Part shown: positions 28,461 through 38,291 of the stretch, piece after piece
Layout of the letters: every line of letters starts with the position of its first letter
Position numbering within the stretch: the stretch's first letter is position 1
Source of the DNA: Akkermansiaceae bacterium
Lineage (GTDB): Bacteria > Verrucomicrobiota > Verrucomicrobiia > Verrucomicrobiales > Akkermansiaceae
Assembly: GCA_030725745.1 (NCBI GenBank)
Contig: JANRFH010000016.1
Coordinates: 8,711-72,710, forward strand
Direction of reading: 5' to 3'
DNA: 64,000 bases
The notes under the pieces: model-generated
What the model was told of the DNA's origin: nothing
Seen by the model: the letters and a program-made list of their open reading frames with translations, nothing else
Databases searched by the model: none
Made by a program: the position numbers and the translations under genes

Positions 28461-29570
28461 GTGGCGCGCAAACGAAAAAACAGCTCAGATGGAGGGATCA
28501 ATCTTGATTCCCTGATGGACGCGCTCACCAACGTGGTGGCCGTGCTCATCCTCGTGCTTGTTCTTGTTCAGGCAGATGTCACCCAGAAGGTGGTGAAGTT
28601 CCTCGAAGACCTACAGCCCGCCACTCCGGAGGAAGTCAAAGCATCGAAAGATTTGCTCGAAGAAATCGAGAAGAAGAAGGAGTCCGTAGTGGAGAAGCTC
28701 AAGGAAGATGCGCCGACTCTCGCCGAAATCGAAGAGGAAAAGCGGCGCATAGCCCTACTGGAAAAAAGCATCGTAGAAAGCGACGAACTGCTCGCCGATG
28801 TCAAGGAACTCAAAGAGCTAGAAGAAAAGATTCGTAAGGAGCGCGACGCCGAGAATGAGCAGACCGTTAGCATTCAGGAAGAGATCGCCAAGCTAGAAGC
28901 TCAACTCGACCAGACGCCGGTGATCCAAGCCCCGCCGCCGGCCGAGGTCACCATTCCCAACAGCCGACCAATTCCGCCCAAGGCGGTTGTTTACCATGCA
29001 CTCGCCATCAAGGATAGGGTTCACATCATCGATCCCAACGGTCTGCTGGAGGTCTTCGAAGAAGAGTTCAAAAAGCACAAGCGCGACTGGCTCATCGAGC
29101 GCATCAAACAGCAGGGTTTTGATCGGTATATCTATGATCAGGAGAAGATCACCGCACACTTCAAGAATTTCGATTTCAGGAACACCCAGGGACAGAAGGT
29201 TGAAATAATCGCCTACCCTGCGGGTAGCCGTCTTCACATCGAAGTCAGTCCGGATCTTGAGAAAGGCGGCACGCCGATGGAGGAACTTGAAAAACCGGGT
29301 TCGGCGTATTCAAAAGCCGCCCTAAAAATGAAAAGCGACAGTCGCTCAGTGGTTCTATTCCACGTAAATCCGGATTCCTTCAACACCTACCTCAAGGGTA
29401 GGGGACTGCTGGATCGCGCGAACATTCCGGCAGGATGGGAGGTTTCGGGTGCAAAATCTTGGCGTTTTCCAATCCCGGACATCGAAGTAAACAGGTTAGA
29501 GGATCCGCCGCCTGCTCCCGACAAGCCGAAGCCGCCAGGGCCGCCCGTAATAGGGCCGAAATTGGATTGA
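28461..29570 (+). CDS. Single-pass membrane protein, ExbD/TolR-like anchor + coiled coil + Pro-rich spacers + globular domain
   Basis: A GTG start at 28461 gives MARKRKNSSDGGINLDSLMDALTNVVAVLILVLVL, an ExbD-like N-terminus. A coiled coil of about 130 aa follows. The Pro-rich segments are QAPPPAEVTIPNSRPIPPK and EDPPPAPDKPKPPGPPVIGP. The track start at 28374 would overlap the previous gene by 83 bp. Confidence 0.6.
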   Translation: MARKRKNSSDGGINLDSLMDALTNVVAVLILVLVLVQADVTQKVVKFLEDLQPATPEEVKASKDLLEEIEKKKESVVEKLKEDAPTLAEIEEEKRRIALLEKSIVESDELLADVKELKELEEKIRKERDAENEQTVSIQEEIAKLEAQLDQTPVIQAPPPAEVTIPNSRPIPPKAVVYHALAIKDRVHIIDPNGLLEVFEEEFKKHKRDWLIERIKQQGFDRYIYDQEKITAHFKNFDFRNTQGQKVEIIAYPAGSRLHIEVSPDLEKGGTPMEELEKPGSAYSKAALKMKSDSRSVVLFHVNPDSFNTYLKGRGLLDRANIPAGWEVSGAKSWRFPIPDIEVNRLEDPPPAPDKPKPPGPPVIGPKLD

Positions 29571-29677
29571 TCTTCTGCTGTCGCTGATGAGACAGCGAGC
29601 TTCGTCTATCTTGATCATTTTGAAATACACTCCCGATACCGCATTTTACTTTTCCGTTTCTCTGTTGAGCCTATTCG

Positions 29678-30499
29678 ATGTTATCGATGCAAATGTTTAA
29701 ATCCTCCATCACCATTTCGCAGGTTGAAGAAGCTGTTAACGGCCCATTCGTTTTGCGTTCGCCGCTCCCGGATGCGTTTGCTACTGCGGCAGCAACCGGC
29801 TTTAATGCGGTGGAGCTTTTCTTGCCAAGTCCAGACTATGTATCGACGAAGGAGGTGGCTTCACTGGCTCTATACCACGGCTTGGAGATCGCCGCCGTAG
29901 GCACCGGAGCAGGTCTGTTGCGGCATGGTTTGACGATCACGGATACTGATGTTGATCGTCGCTGCGAGGCTCTTGATTTCGTATTTGCGATGATCGATTT
30001 CGGCGGCCGACTGGGTGCTCCAGCGATTCTGGGTTCGATGCAGGGAAGCGGTGATCATGAAGAGGCGCGTGACCTGCTAGCTGCGGGACTGCGCGAATGT
30101 GGTGCTCGCGCCGATCGTTACGGCGTGCCGTTTATCTACGAACCGCTGAACCGCTACGAGACCCGCCTGTTCAATCGCCTCGGCGATGCGGCACGATTCC
30201 TCGAACAGCATGAACTGACGAACGTCCAGTTGCTCGCAGATCTTTTCCATATGAATATCGAGGAACAGGATCCGGCATCGGCCATCCGCGATGCCGGAAG
30301 CCACATCGGCCACGTTCACTACGCGGACTCCAATCGGCAGGCAATGGGGTTCGGACATACGGACGCCGGGAGGATGATAGCGGCGCTGCGGGATATCGGC
30401 TACGAGGGCTACCTATCAGCGGAAATATTGGCACTGCCCGATCCTGAAACCGCTGCCCGCCAGACCATATCGTCGATTCATTCATTCATATTGCCATGA
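29678..30499 (+). CDS. Sugar phosphate isomerase/epimerase (xylose-isomerase-like TIM barrel)
   Basis: The 273-aa ORF has the typical blocks GFNAVELF, YEPLNRYET, HVHYADSNR and GYLSAE. Confidence 0.7.
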   Translation: MLSMQMFKSSITISQVEEAVNGPFVLRSPLPDAFATAAATGFNAVELFLPSPDYVSTKEVASLALYHGLEIAAVGTGAGLLRHGLTITDTDVDRRCEALDFVFAMIDFGGRLGAPAILGSMQGSGDHEEARDLLAAGLRECGARADRYGVPFIYEPLNRYETRLFNRLGDAARFLEQHELTNVQLLADLFHMNIEEQDPASAIRDAGSHIGHVHYADSNRQAMGFGHTDAGRMIAALRDIGYEGYLSAEILALPDPETAARQTISSIHSFILP

Positions 30500-31344
30500 A
30501 CGCAGCCCAATCCACCATGATCGATTCCCACCACCACCTTTGGAATTACTCCGCAACGGAATACGATTGGATTCCACCCGGTTCACCACTGGCTCAAGAT
30601 CAGCTTTTGAATCAATTGGATGCTGCCGCCAATGCTGCGGCGGTAGATGCCACGGTGGTGGTCCAGGCACGGCAGATCCTCGAAGAATCCGACTGGTTGC
30701 TATCTCTGGCAGACCAATCGACAACCATCGCCGGCGTTGTCGGATGGGTGCCTTTGATCGATTCCTCAGTCGGCGAGCCACTCGCTCGCCTCGCCGCTCA
30801 ACCCAAGTTCAAGGGCGTCCGCCACGTCCTACAGGGTGAGCCGGATTCTTATTTCCTTCGCGATGATTTCCATCGCGGACTCTCGCTTCTTCCCGATCTC
30901 GATCTGCGCTACGACCTGTTGTTGTTTCAACGGCAGCTTCCGGTCGCGATCCAGCTCGTCGATCGCCAACCGGAGCTCGGCATTGTCATCGACCACATCG
31001 CCAAACCTGAAATCCGGAAGGGCAAAATCGATCCCGCTTGGAAAGCAGGGATGGCCGAACTGGCGAAACGCGAAAATATTCTCGGCGTGAAAATTTCCGG
31101 GATGGTCAATGAAGTAGTGGACGAGGAAATCGACGAACCCACGCTTCGAGCTTATTTTGAGGAAACCCTCGCCCTCTTCGGCGCGGATCGCGTGATGTTC
31201 GGCAGCGACTGGCCGGTCTGCCTGCTTCGGATCGACTCCTATCAGGCGTGGGCGGAAATGTTCCGCGGATTCGTCGAAGGTCTTTCAGCGGATGAGTCCA
31301 AGGCGATCCTAGGCGGGAACGCGATTCGCAGCTACGGTCTCTGA
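30496..31344 (+). CDS. Amidohydrolase-2 family lactonase (L-fucono/L-galactono-1,5-lactonase-like)
   Basis: IDSHHHLW at the N-terminus, VIDHIAKP and MFGSDWPV are the metal ligand blocks of the fuconolactonase-type amidohydrolases. An ATGA overlap joins it to the upstream gene. Confidence 0.7.
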   Translation: MNAAQSTMIDSHHHLWNYSATEYDWIPPGSPLAQDQLLNQLDAAANAAAVDATVVVQARQILEESDWLLSLADQSTTIAGVVGWVPLIDSSVGEPLARLAAQPKFKGVRHVLQGEPDSYFLRDDFHRGLSLLPDLDLRYDLLLFQRQLPVAIQLVDRQPELGIVIDHIAKPEIRKGKIDPAWKAGMAELAKRENILGVKISGMVNEVVDEEIDEPTLRAYFEETLALFGADRVMFGSDWPVCLLRIDSYQAWAEMFRGFVEGLSADESKAILGGNAIRSYGL

Positions 31345-31349
31345 GTCGA

Positions 31350-33884
31350 TCAAGGCTGGATTTTCACAACAAGCTTGTCGGAGACGAAGTCACCGCAGCG
31401 GGCGGTCACCGTCACCACCCTTGGTTTGTCTTCGGACTGAATCAAAAGAAGGGCGCGACCCTGCCATGTGGTGAGATGGTTCGTCTGATAGGGTTGCACG
31501 CTTTTTTCCCAGCCGTTGTCCACTCCTAACAGCCGCGCCGGGCCGTCCACCTCGAAGGTGATTTCCTGGTCATCTTTGACGACGGGCACACCGTCCTTGT
31601 CCGTAAGTTGGAGTTCCACGCGGGTCACATCGTATTGATTTGCAGCCATCGTTTTCCGGTCTGCTTTGAGTTCGATTTTTGCCGGTGAACCGTGAGTGAG
31701 GAGGGTGTCGCTGGTGACGGGTTGACCTCCATCAAGTCCTACCAGCTTGAGTTCGCCCGCTTCGAAGGGCACCAGCCATTTGGCGATTCGGTCTTCCAGA
31801 TCGGCCATTTTCCGGGTGCCAAGTGAATTTCCGTTGAGGAAAAGTTCCACCTCGTCGGTGTTTCCGTAAGCTTGGACGATAGTGGATTCTCCGGGTTGGT
31901 AGTTCCAGTTGGCGGAAACGAAATCCCATTCCCAGGGGCGAAGCCATTTCATTTTGGGATATTCATAGATGCGCTCGGTGAACTTCCATCCGTCTTCTTT
32001 GGTGTAGCTGTATTCGGATTCCGTAGCGGCGGTGCTGCCGACCCAGACTTTCGGTTTGTCGACCCACATGGCTTCAAAAAAGTGGCCACGCGGGGTTTTG
32101 AATCCGGCGTAATCGAATAGGGAAATCTCAAGTCCTTTGCGTGGCCATGGGCCGGCCTCGCCAAGATAAGCATAGCCTGTCCAGATGAAGATCCCGGCGA
32201 CGAAATCACGGTCGAGCGCAGCTTTCCATTCTGCCCAAGTGCCCCAGTTCTCAGAACCCACGATGCGAGCTTCGGGATACATTTTGTGGGCGGTGTCATA
32301 TTCCCCGGCACGGTAGTTGAATCCGACGACGTCGAGCGCATCGGTGTAGCCGGTGACGAAGCCGACGGACGGTTTCACGAGGCCGGAGGTAACCGGGCGG
32401 GTGGGATCAGTTTCTTTGACCCAACCGGAAAGTTTAACGGCTGTTTCGGCGAGCTCGTCGGGGCCATCGAGGAGCCTTGCCATGCGTTCGCGGATTTTTA
32501 CCGGATCGTAGTCGACGGGGTGAGAGTGGACGTTTTCGGCGGCGCCTTCTGGCACGGGGTTGGCGGACTGGGGATAATAGGGGTAGGTCCACTCGATTTC
32601 GTTGCCGATGCTCCACATGATAACGGACGGATGGTTGCGATCCCTGCGAATAGTGGCTTTGACATCGCGCTCGGCCCACTCGTCAAACAGTTCGAAATAA
32701 CCATGGGTAACGTCTTTGGGGGCGATGTTGTCGCTGAGATAGACCAGCGACTTTTCCTTGGGGACTTTCCATTCATCGAAAAACTCGTCCATGACAAGTA
32801 GACCCATTTCATCGCATAGATCCAGTAGATCGGTTGCGTGCGGATTGTGGGCAGTGCGGATGGCGTTTACACCGATGTCTTGTAACTTTGTGAGACGGTC
32901 GCGCCAGACGTCTTTCGGCACGGCCACGCCGAGGAGTCCTGCATCGTGGTGGAGGTTCACGCCTTTGAGTTTTACCTGACGGTCGTTGAGGAGAAATCCG
33001 CGTTCGGAATCGAACACCGCAGTGCGAATGCCGAAGTTCACCCTACGCTTGTCGAGTGATTTTCCGTCACGTTCGAGACGGATGTGTGCCTGATAGGTTT
33101 TCGGCGATGTGACGTCCCAGCGTTGTGGTTCGGCGATGTCGAGAGGGATGTCGACCTTGCTGTCTTCGGTGGGTTGATAGGTCTGTGTGTGGCTTGCGAC
33201 GGTTTTCCCATCCGGATCCAGCAGGTCAACGGTGACTTGGATCGCTTCGTCGGTTGGTGAGGAAATTTCCGTAGTGACGGTGACGGAAGATTTCTCGTCA
33301 GTGATTTCAGGAGTCTGAACCCAGACGCCCCATTCGGGTATGTGGGTGGGAGCGGTTTTGATGAGATGGACGTCGCGATAGATGCCGGAGCCGCAATACC
33401 AACGGGTGTCGAGATAGGATGAGTGATCCGCCCGGACGATCAGTTCGTTGGATTCTTCTCCGAAGTTCGCGTGCTTGGTCAGATCCAGATCGAAGGAAAC
33501 GAATCCACTTGGGCGACCGCCGATTTCGTGGCCGTTGAGCCAGACTGTGGAGCGCTTGTAAATGCCCTCGAAGACGATGGCCACACGTTCGCCGCGCCAG
33601 TCCTCCGGGAGTTTGAATTCCTTCCGATACCAGCCGATGCCGCCTGGCAGGAAGCCGGTGCTGCATCCGGTCTTCTCCTGTGTGAATCCGTCGGCGATGG
33701 ACCAATCATGGGGTAGACGAACCGCTTGCCATTTCGCCTCGTCTTTTTCTTCACCGAGTTGGAATTTCCAGTCGAAATTGAAGTCCTGCACGATGCGTCC
33801 GGGATCGGCATGACAGATGCCGATCAGCGAAATCAGGAGTGCGAGAGTCAATTGGCGTAGGTAGGCATAATTGAAGAGATACAT
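31350..33884 (-). CDS. GH2 beta-galactosidase-like glycoside hydrolase (paralogue 2)
   Basis: FNFDWKFQLGE...VRLPHDWSIADGF and [21 protein letters not shown] are present in an 844-aa ORF with a signal peptide. Confidence 0.9.
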   Translation of the reverse strand: MYLFNYAYLRQLTLALLISLIGICHADPGRIVQDFNFDWKFQLGEEKDEAKWQAVRLPHDWSIADGFTQEKTGCSTGFLPGGIGWYRKEFKLPEDWRGERVAIVFEGIYKRSTVWLNGHEIGGRPSGFVSFDLDLTKHANFGEESNELIVRADHSSYLDTRWYCGSGIYRDVHLIKTAPTHIPEWGVWVQTPEITDEKSSVTVTTEISSPTDEAIQVTVDLLDPDGKTVASHTQTYQPTEDSKVDIPLDIAEPQRWDVTSPKTYQAHIRLERDGKSLDKRRVNFGIRTAVFDSERGFLLNDRQVKLKGVNLHHDAGLLGVAVPKDVWRDRLTKLQDIGVNAIRTAHNPHATDLLDLCDEMGLLVMDEFFDEWKVPKEKSLVYLSDNIAPKDVTHGYFELFDEWAERDVKATIRRDRNHPSVIMWSIGNEIEWTYPYYPQSANPVPEGAAENVHSHPVDYDPVKIRERMARLLDGPDELAETAVKLSGWVKETDPTRPVTSGLVKPSVGFVTGYTDALDVVGFNYRAGEYDTAHKMYPEARIVGSENWGTWAEWKAALDRDFVAGIFIWTGYAYLGEAGPWPRKGLEISLFDYAGFKTPRGHFFEAMWVDKPKVWVGSTAATESEYSYTKEDGWKFTERIYEYPKMKWLRPWEWDFVSANWNYQPGESTIVQAYGNTDEVELFLNGNSLGTRKMADLEDRIAKWLVPFEAGELKLVGLDGGQPVTSDTLLTHGSPAKIELKADRKTMAANQYDVTRVELQLTDKDGVPVVKDDQEITFEVDGPARLLGVDNGWEKSVQPYQTNHLTTWQGRALLLIQSEDKPRVVTVTARCGDFVSDKLVVKIQP

Positions 33885-33933
33885 GGTCTGGATGGGCTTG
33901 TTGTAGTAAATTTGGAACGGTGAATCGAGTCAC

Positions 33934-34848
33934 TCAGTCGGGTGGGTTTTGTGTTTTGACAGGCTTGTAGACGCGAATCCAATCTACTCTGAAGGTGTGG
34001 TTTTCTTTGTTGGCGAGTTCTTCGTCAGTTGGGGTGATGCCCTGCATGGAGCGCCAATCCTGATCTTCGGCGTTGATGATGATATCCATTTCCTTGTGAA
34101 GTCCTTTGCCCTTCGCGATATCATGCGGATCGATTTTTTTCGCACCTGAAACGGTTCTTACGAGTTTCCCGTTCAAATAGTATTCCAGGTGTAACGGATC
34201 TTTCCAGTAGACCCCGATCCGCAGGAAGTTGTCGCGCCATAGAGTGCCGTCGGTATACCAACTTCCAGCGTCCGTGGGTTGATAGTCTTGGAAAGGACTA
34301 CGAATAAACATGTGATGGCTCAGGTGTAACCTTTCGGCGAACCATGTCTGATCTTTTTTTGCTCCGGCGGAATAGCTCGTTCCATACGCTTCCAGGATGT
34401 CGATTTCCTGGGTGTCATCCGGGCTCAAAAGCCAGACGTCGGAGGCCAGCGTGCTGTTGCTGATCTTAACCCGTGCTTCGATGAATACAGGATAAACCAC
34501 CCTTTGCTTCGATGTGATGCAGCCGGTGAAAACTTGATTGGCATTGGCCCGGCTCGCGATGATTTGTAACTGTCCGTCAGCAACCAGTGAATGCTTTCGA
34601 TCCCAAATGGTTTTCCCTGGACCCGTCCATTGATTGTGAAATGTATCGATCCACTTGGCATCGAACCGGGCACCCTTTTCAGCGGCCGGGGCATCATAGT
34701 TGAAGTCGTCCGAAGGAGCTTGGATTTTCCATGTTTTACCGGCACCGGGATCGGCGGGGACGGGTAAGCCTTTCCATTCCTGTCCGTCGGCGGCATCGGC
34801 ACAGATAACTATGAGCGACGCAGTGAAAACGGATTTGGTGAAAGCCAT
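33934..34848 (-). CDS. GH16 beta-agarase-like endo-galactanase
   Basis: The catalytic motif is DDTQEIDILEAYG (ExDxxE). SDVWLLS, the 304-aa length and a signal peptide also fit, and the overall pattern resembles flavobacterial GH16 agarases. Confidence 0.8.
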   Translation of the reverse strand: MAFTKSVFTASLIVICADAADGQEWKGLPVPADPGAGKTWKIQAPSDDFNYDAPAAEKGARFDAKWIDTFHNQWTGPGKTIWDRKHSLVADGQLQIIASRANANQVFTGCITSKQRVVYPVFIEARVKISNSTLASDVWLLSPDDTQEIDILEAYGTSYSAGAKKDQTWFAERLHLSHHMFIRSPFQDYQPTDAGSWYTDGTLWRDNFLRIGVYWKDPLHLEYYLNGKLVRTVSGAKKIDPHDIAKGKGLHKEMDIIINAEDQDWRSMQGITPTDEELANKENHTFRVDWIRVYKPVKTQNPPD

Positions 34849-34963
34849 GATTCGGAATTTTGGTTGCTCAAGGTGCGAAGGGTAAGATGCCTCTGTCTGA
34901 AAAACGTCTTGTTCCTTCCGATTGTAGTTCGATGGGGGTTAGGGACGTATCCTAGGAATAAGT

Positions 34964-36808
34964 TCACCAGAAGACGATGTAGAGGGTGATGGTTAGGAGG
35001 ATCACGACGACGCCGAGCGCCTTGGCTCCTTTCGATGGGGTGAGATCGATGGTCGAGGTGGTAGCCAGTTGAACGGGTTTTGCCAGTGGCTTGATGGCGG
35101 TGATTGCCAGCAACACGACGAGTACGATTCCGAAAGCAAGCGAGGCGCGATCCACGAAGGAAATGCCGGGCGCGAACTGCTTGATCGTCCAGAATGATGC
35201 AGGGCCTAACAAGAGTCCCACGGTGCCGGTGATTGGCGGCGCGCGGCGGACGAGCATGCCTACGAGGAAGACGGCGAGGATACCGGAGTAAATATAGGCC
35301 TGACCTTCCTGGATGATGGCGAAAATGCTGTTTCCGATACGTGGGTCACCGAGTTTCGGAGCCAACCAACATCCGAGCACTGCAAAGACTCCCACCAAGA
35401 TCCTGCCGATGCCTACGAGACGTTTCTGTGATGCGTCGGGCGAGATGTGCAGGCGGTAAATGTCCATGGTCACGATGGTGGAAGCTGCGTTCAGCATGGA
35501 GGCCAGCGTGCTGACTACCGCTCCCAGCAGGGCTGCGAGGACGAAGCCCTGCCAACCGGAACCTTCAGGAAGCACCTTGCTGATGAGAAAGCCGAATGCG
35601 GTGTCGTATTTGTAGCCCACGAGCTTTTCCTCGGTCGGAGTGAAGCCTTCGGATTTCGCGCGGTTGGTTACAGCTTCATTGAAGGTGGAGATTTCCTCAG
35701 AGATTTCCGGATGAGTTGATTGCCATGCTTCGTCCGCGATGAAGATGCCGGTGGTCGCGGAGGGGGCAGCTTTTGCCTCTTCGAACAATTGCAGCACGCG
35801 GTCGTTGTTCGGTTCGGCGGCGTCCCGCATCTCTCCGCTGAAGAGGTTGAACGCAATCATGCCGGGCATCACGATAATGAACGGAACGAACAGTTTCATC
35901 AATGCGGCGAACACGATGCCTTTTTGGCCTTCCGCGAGTGATTTCGAACCTAGCGTGCGCTGCATGATATATTGGTTGAGTCCCCAGTAGTAAAAGTTGG
36001 GAATCCATAGTCCGAGAATCAGGGTGGTCCATGGCAGGAATGGATCGGTGCGCGGGAGAACCATGTGGAACTTGTGTGAATTCAGTGCGGTGAACTTAGC
36101 CATGCCGCTATCCGCATCGGTCAGGCCGTCCGGAACGGGTGCGCTGGATGCGAGATCTGTCAGCGGTGTGATTCCAAGTTTTTGCAGGGCAAAATACATA
36201 ATCACGCCGCCTCCGATGATCAGGGCACTGCCCTGGATGAGATCCGCCCACGCGCAGGCTTTAAGTCCGCCAGTCGCCACGTAGGCCGCGGCCATAATGC
36301 CGATGAACCATGCACCGGTGGTCACGGTGATTGGCAGGAATCCAAAAAGCACCTTGCCATGAAACGCCGTCTCGATGGTCAGCGCGCCCGAATACGTCAC
36401 GGCACCCACCAGCAGGATGTAAATCAACACCATACAGAACGCCATGATCGACCGGGTGGTTCGATTGAACCTCCGTTCCAGAAATTCGGGGATGGTGTAG
36501 ATGCCGGTGCGTAGGAAATACGGAAGGAAGAAAAACGCGACCACCACCAGAGTGACCGCCGCCAGCCATTCGTAACTCGCGATGGCCATCCCGAGTCGAT
36601 CCGCCGCGCTGCCGGACATGCCGACGAATTGCTCGGTGGAAATGTTTGCCGCGATGAGCGAAAAGCCAATGAGCCACCACGGGAGTCCGCGCCCGGCGAG
36701 GAAATACGACTCGCTGTCTTTCTCATGCCGACTGCCAAGAATGCCGATGGCGACGACGGCGACGATGAATACCGCGAAAATGGAATAATCGATGAAATGG
36801 AGCTGCAT
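34964..36808 (-). CDS. Sodium:solute symporter (SSS/SGLT family) sugar transporter
   Basis: The 614-aa polytopic protein has FLAGRGLPWW and STEQFVGMSG blocks typical of SSS transporters. Confidence 0.85.
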   Translation of the reverse strand: MQLHFIDYSIFAVFIVAVVAIGILGSRHEKDSESYFLAGRGLPWWLIGFSLIAANISTEQFVGMSGSAADRLGMAIASYEWLAAVTLVVVAFFFLPYFLRTGIYTIPEFLERRFNRTTRSIMAFCMVLIYILLVGAVTYSGALTIETAFHGKVLFGFLPITVTTGAWFIGIMAAAYVATGGLKACAWADLIQGSALIIGGGVIMYFALQKLGITPLTDLASSAPVPDGLTDADSGMAKFTALNSHKFHMVLPRTDPFLPWTTLILGLWIPNFYYWGLNQYIMQRTLGSKSLAEGQKGIVFAALMKLFVPFIIVMPGMIAFNLFSGEMRDAAEPNNDRVLQLFEEAKAAPSATTGIFIADEAWQSTHPEISEEISTFNEAVTNRAKSEGFTPTEEKLVGYKYDTAFGFLISKVLPEGSGWQGFVLAALLGAVVSTLASMLNAASTIVTMDIYRLHISPDASQKRLVGIGRILVGVFAVLGCWLAPKLGDPRIGNSIFAIIQEGQAYIYSGILAVFLVGMLVRRAPPITGTVGLLLGPASFWTIKQFAPGISFVDRASLAFGIVLVVLLAITAIKPLAKPVQLATTSTIDLTPSKGAKALGVVVILLTITLYIVFW

Positions 36809-36995
36809 GGGGATTTGGGTTTTAGATCCGGATGGATTCGGACATCAGCGAGATTGCAGGGAGAACGGCTAATATTCTACTCTCAGAATGCCGAAAACCA
36901 GCACCCTATTGACATCAGTCGCGGACAGTTGGTCATCTCCGGGGACGACTCTACTTGCTGCCACCGCAGGATTAGCTAGTCTTTTCGATAATCCG

Positions 36996-37871
36996 ATGCC
37001 CCGACCTCCGACAGCAAAGTTTGAACTGGTTCCCAAGTGTGATCAGTGTTCCTTCAATCTCCGTGAGTTCAAGCTGCCGGAGTTTTCCAGTCCATGGCAC
37101 TTCCACCCGGAAATCGAACTGACCTATATCGAACACGGCAGCGGCAGACGCTTTGTCGGTGACAACATCGCGCCGTTCGGCCCGGGCGACCTCGTGTTGA
37201 TCGGTGCCAATCTGCCACACGTTTGGCGAAATGATGCTCCTGCCAGGACGCGGGCGGAGTATGCGCACTCACTGGTCGTGCATTTCGGTGAGGCGCTCGG
37301 CACGGATTTCCTCGACTGCCCGGAGCTACAGCAGGTGCACAAGCTCTTGGCTAGCGCCCGCCGCGGTGTCTCATTTGATGCGCGGACTGCGGCTGCGGCG
37401 AAGCCGATCTTGATGGGTATGAAAGAGTTGTCGGGATTGCCACGATTGATCCGTCTGCTCGAGTTGTTCCAGCTTCTGGCAAGCGCTGGAAATACCAAGT
37501 TGCTATCAAGCGCGGGATTTTCGCCGCAGCTCGACCAGTTCGCGTGCGAGCGCATCAACTCCGCGCATCAGTATGTTTTCCAGAATTTCACCGAGCAGAT
37601 CGATCACGAGGAAATGGCGCGCAACGCGGGGATGAGTGCGTCCGCCTTCAGCCGCTATTTCAAACGATTCACCGGCCGGACGGTCTCGGGATTTGTCAAT
37701 GAAGTGCGCATTGGCCATGCACACCGGATGTTGATCGAGACGAAGCAAACCATCTCCGAGGTGGCGTTTGCCAGTGGTTTTGAAAGCCTTTCAAACTTTA
37801 ACCGGCGCTTCCGTGAAATCTCCGGTATCAGCCCGCGGGAGTTCCGGCAGCGGCACCAATGTGCGCAATAG
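36996..37871 (+). CDS. AraC-family transcriptional regulator (cupin + HTH)
   Basis: The cupin block is WHFHPEIELTYIEHGSG. The C-terminal HTH is SAFSRYFKRFTG...FASGFESLSNFNRRFRE. The start is trimmed to the ATG at 36996. Confidence 0.85.
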   Translation: MPRPPTAKFELVPKCDQCSFNLREFKLPEFSSPWHFHPEIELTYIEHGSGRRFVGDNIAPFGPGDLVLIGANLPHVWRNDAPARTRAEYAHSLVVHFGEALGTDFLDCPELQQVHKLLASARRGVSFDARTAAAAKPILMGMKELSGLPRLIRLLELFQLLASAGNTKLLSSAGFSPQLDQFACERINSAHQYVFQNFTEQIDHEEMARNAGMSASAFSRYFKRFTGRTVSGFVNEVRIGHAHRMLIETKQTISEVAFASGFESLSNFNRRFREISGISPREFRQRHQCAQ

Positions 37872-37957
37872 AGTGCTACTTTTCAGCCGCAGAGGCGTGG
37901 AATGAAAGTGGCCACGGGACTAGGTTTGGTCATAACCCAAATGAAAAACCAAACGTA

Positions 37958-38272
37958 ATGCCAAAAGTCACATTCATCACACAAGAAGGAAAATCCGTCG
38001 AAATTGAAAACGCCGACGGATGTCTTGTGGAAGTAGCCGTTGAAGAGGAAGTAGAAGGTATCGCCGGAGATTGCGGTGGAGCCTGTTCATGCTCGACCTG
38101 CCATGTCTATGTGCCGAAGGAATGGATGGATCGCGTGGGGCCTGCGAACGAAACGGAGAAGGATACATTGAGCTTCAACTCCCACTGCCAGCCGAATAGC
38201 CGGCTCACCTGCCAGATCGAGATGACTGACGAACTCGATGGCCTAGTGCTACAAGTTGCCCCGAACGATTGA
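37958..38272 (+). CDS. [2Fe-2S] ferredoxin, adrenodoxin/putidaredoxin type
   Basis: The cluster ligands CGGACSCSTCHV ... LTCQI are present in a 104-aa ORF starting MPKVTFITQEG (ATG at 37958). Confidence 0.85.
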   Translation: MPKVTFITQEGKSVEIENADGCLVEVAVEEEVEGIAGDCGGACSCSTCHVYVPKEWMDRVGPANETEKDTLSFNSHCQPNSRLTCQIEMTDELDGLVLQVAPND

Positions 38273-38291
38273 AGTTTAAACGACGGCCATT

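Noticed and set aside
26288-29570. A possible Zorya-type anti-phage system (MotA-like ZorA with a tail plus ZorB).
   Set aside because: No ZorB-like OmpA/peptidoglycan-binding domain and no ZorC/D/E-type nuclease or helicase genes are adjacent. The tail is much shorter than I recall for ZorA, and the neighbours are sugar-catabolic genes. It is kept as an uncharacterised stator module instead.
29577-29598. A hairpin (GCTGTC...GACAGC or TCGCTG...CAGCGA) after the third stator-module gene, considered as a terminator.
   Set aside because: The stems are only 6 bp, alternative pairings exist and there is no following T-run. The evidence is too weak to call.
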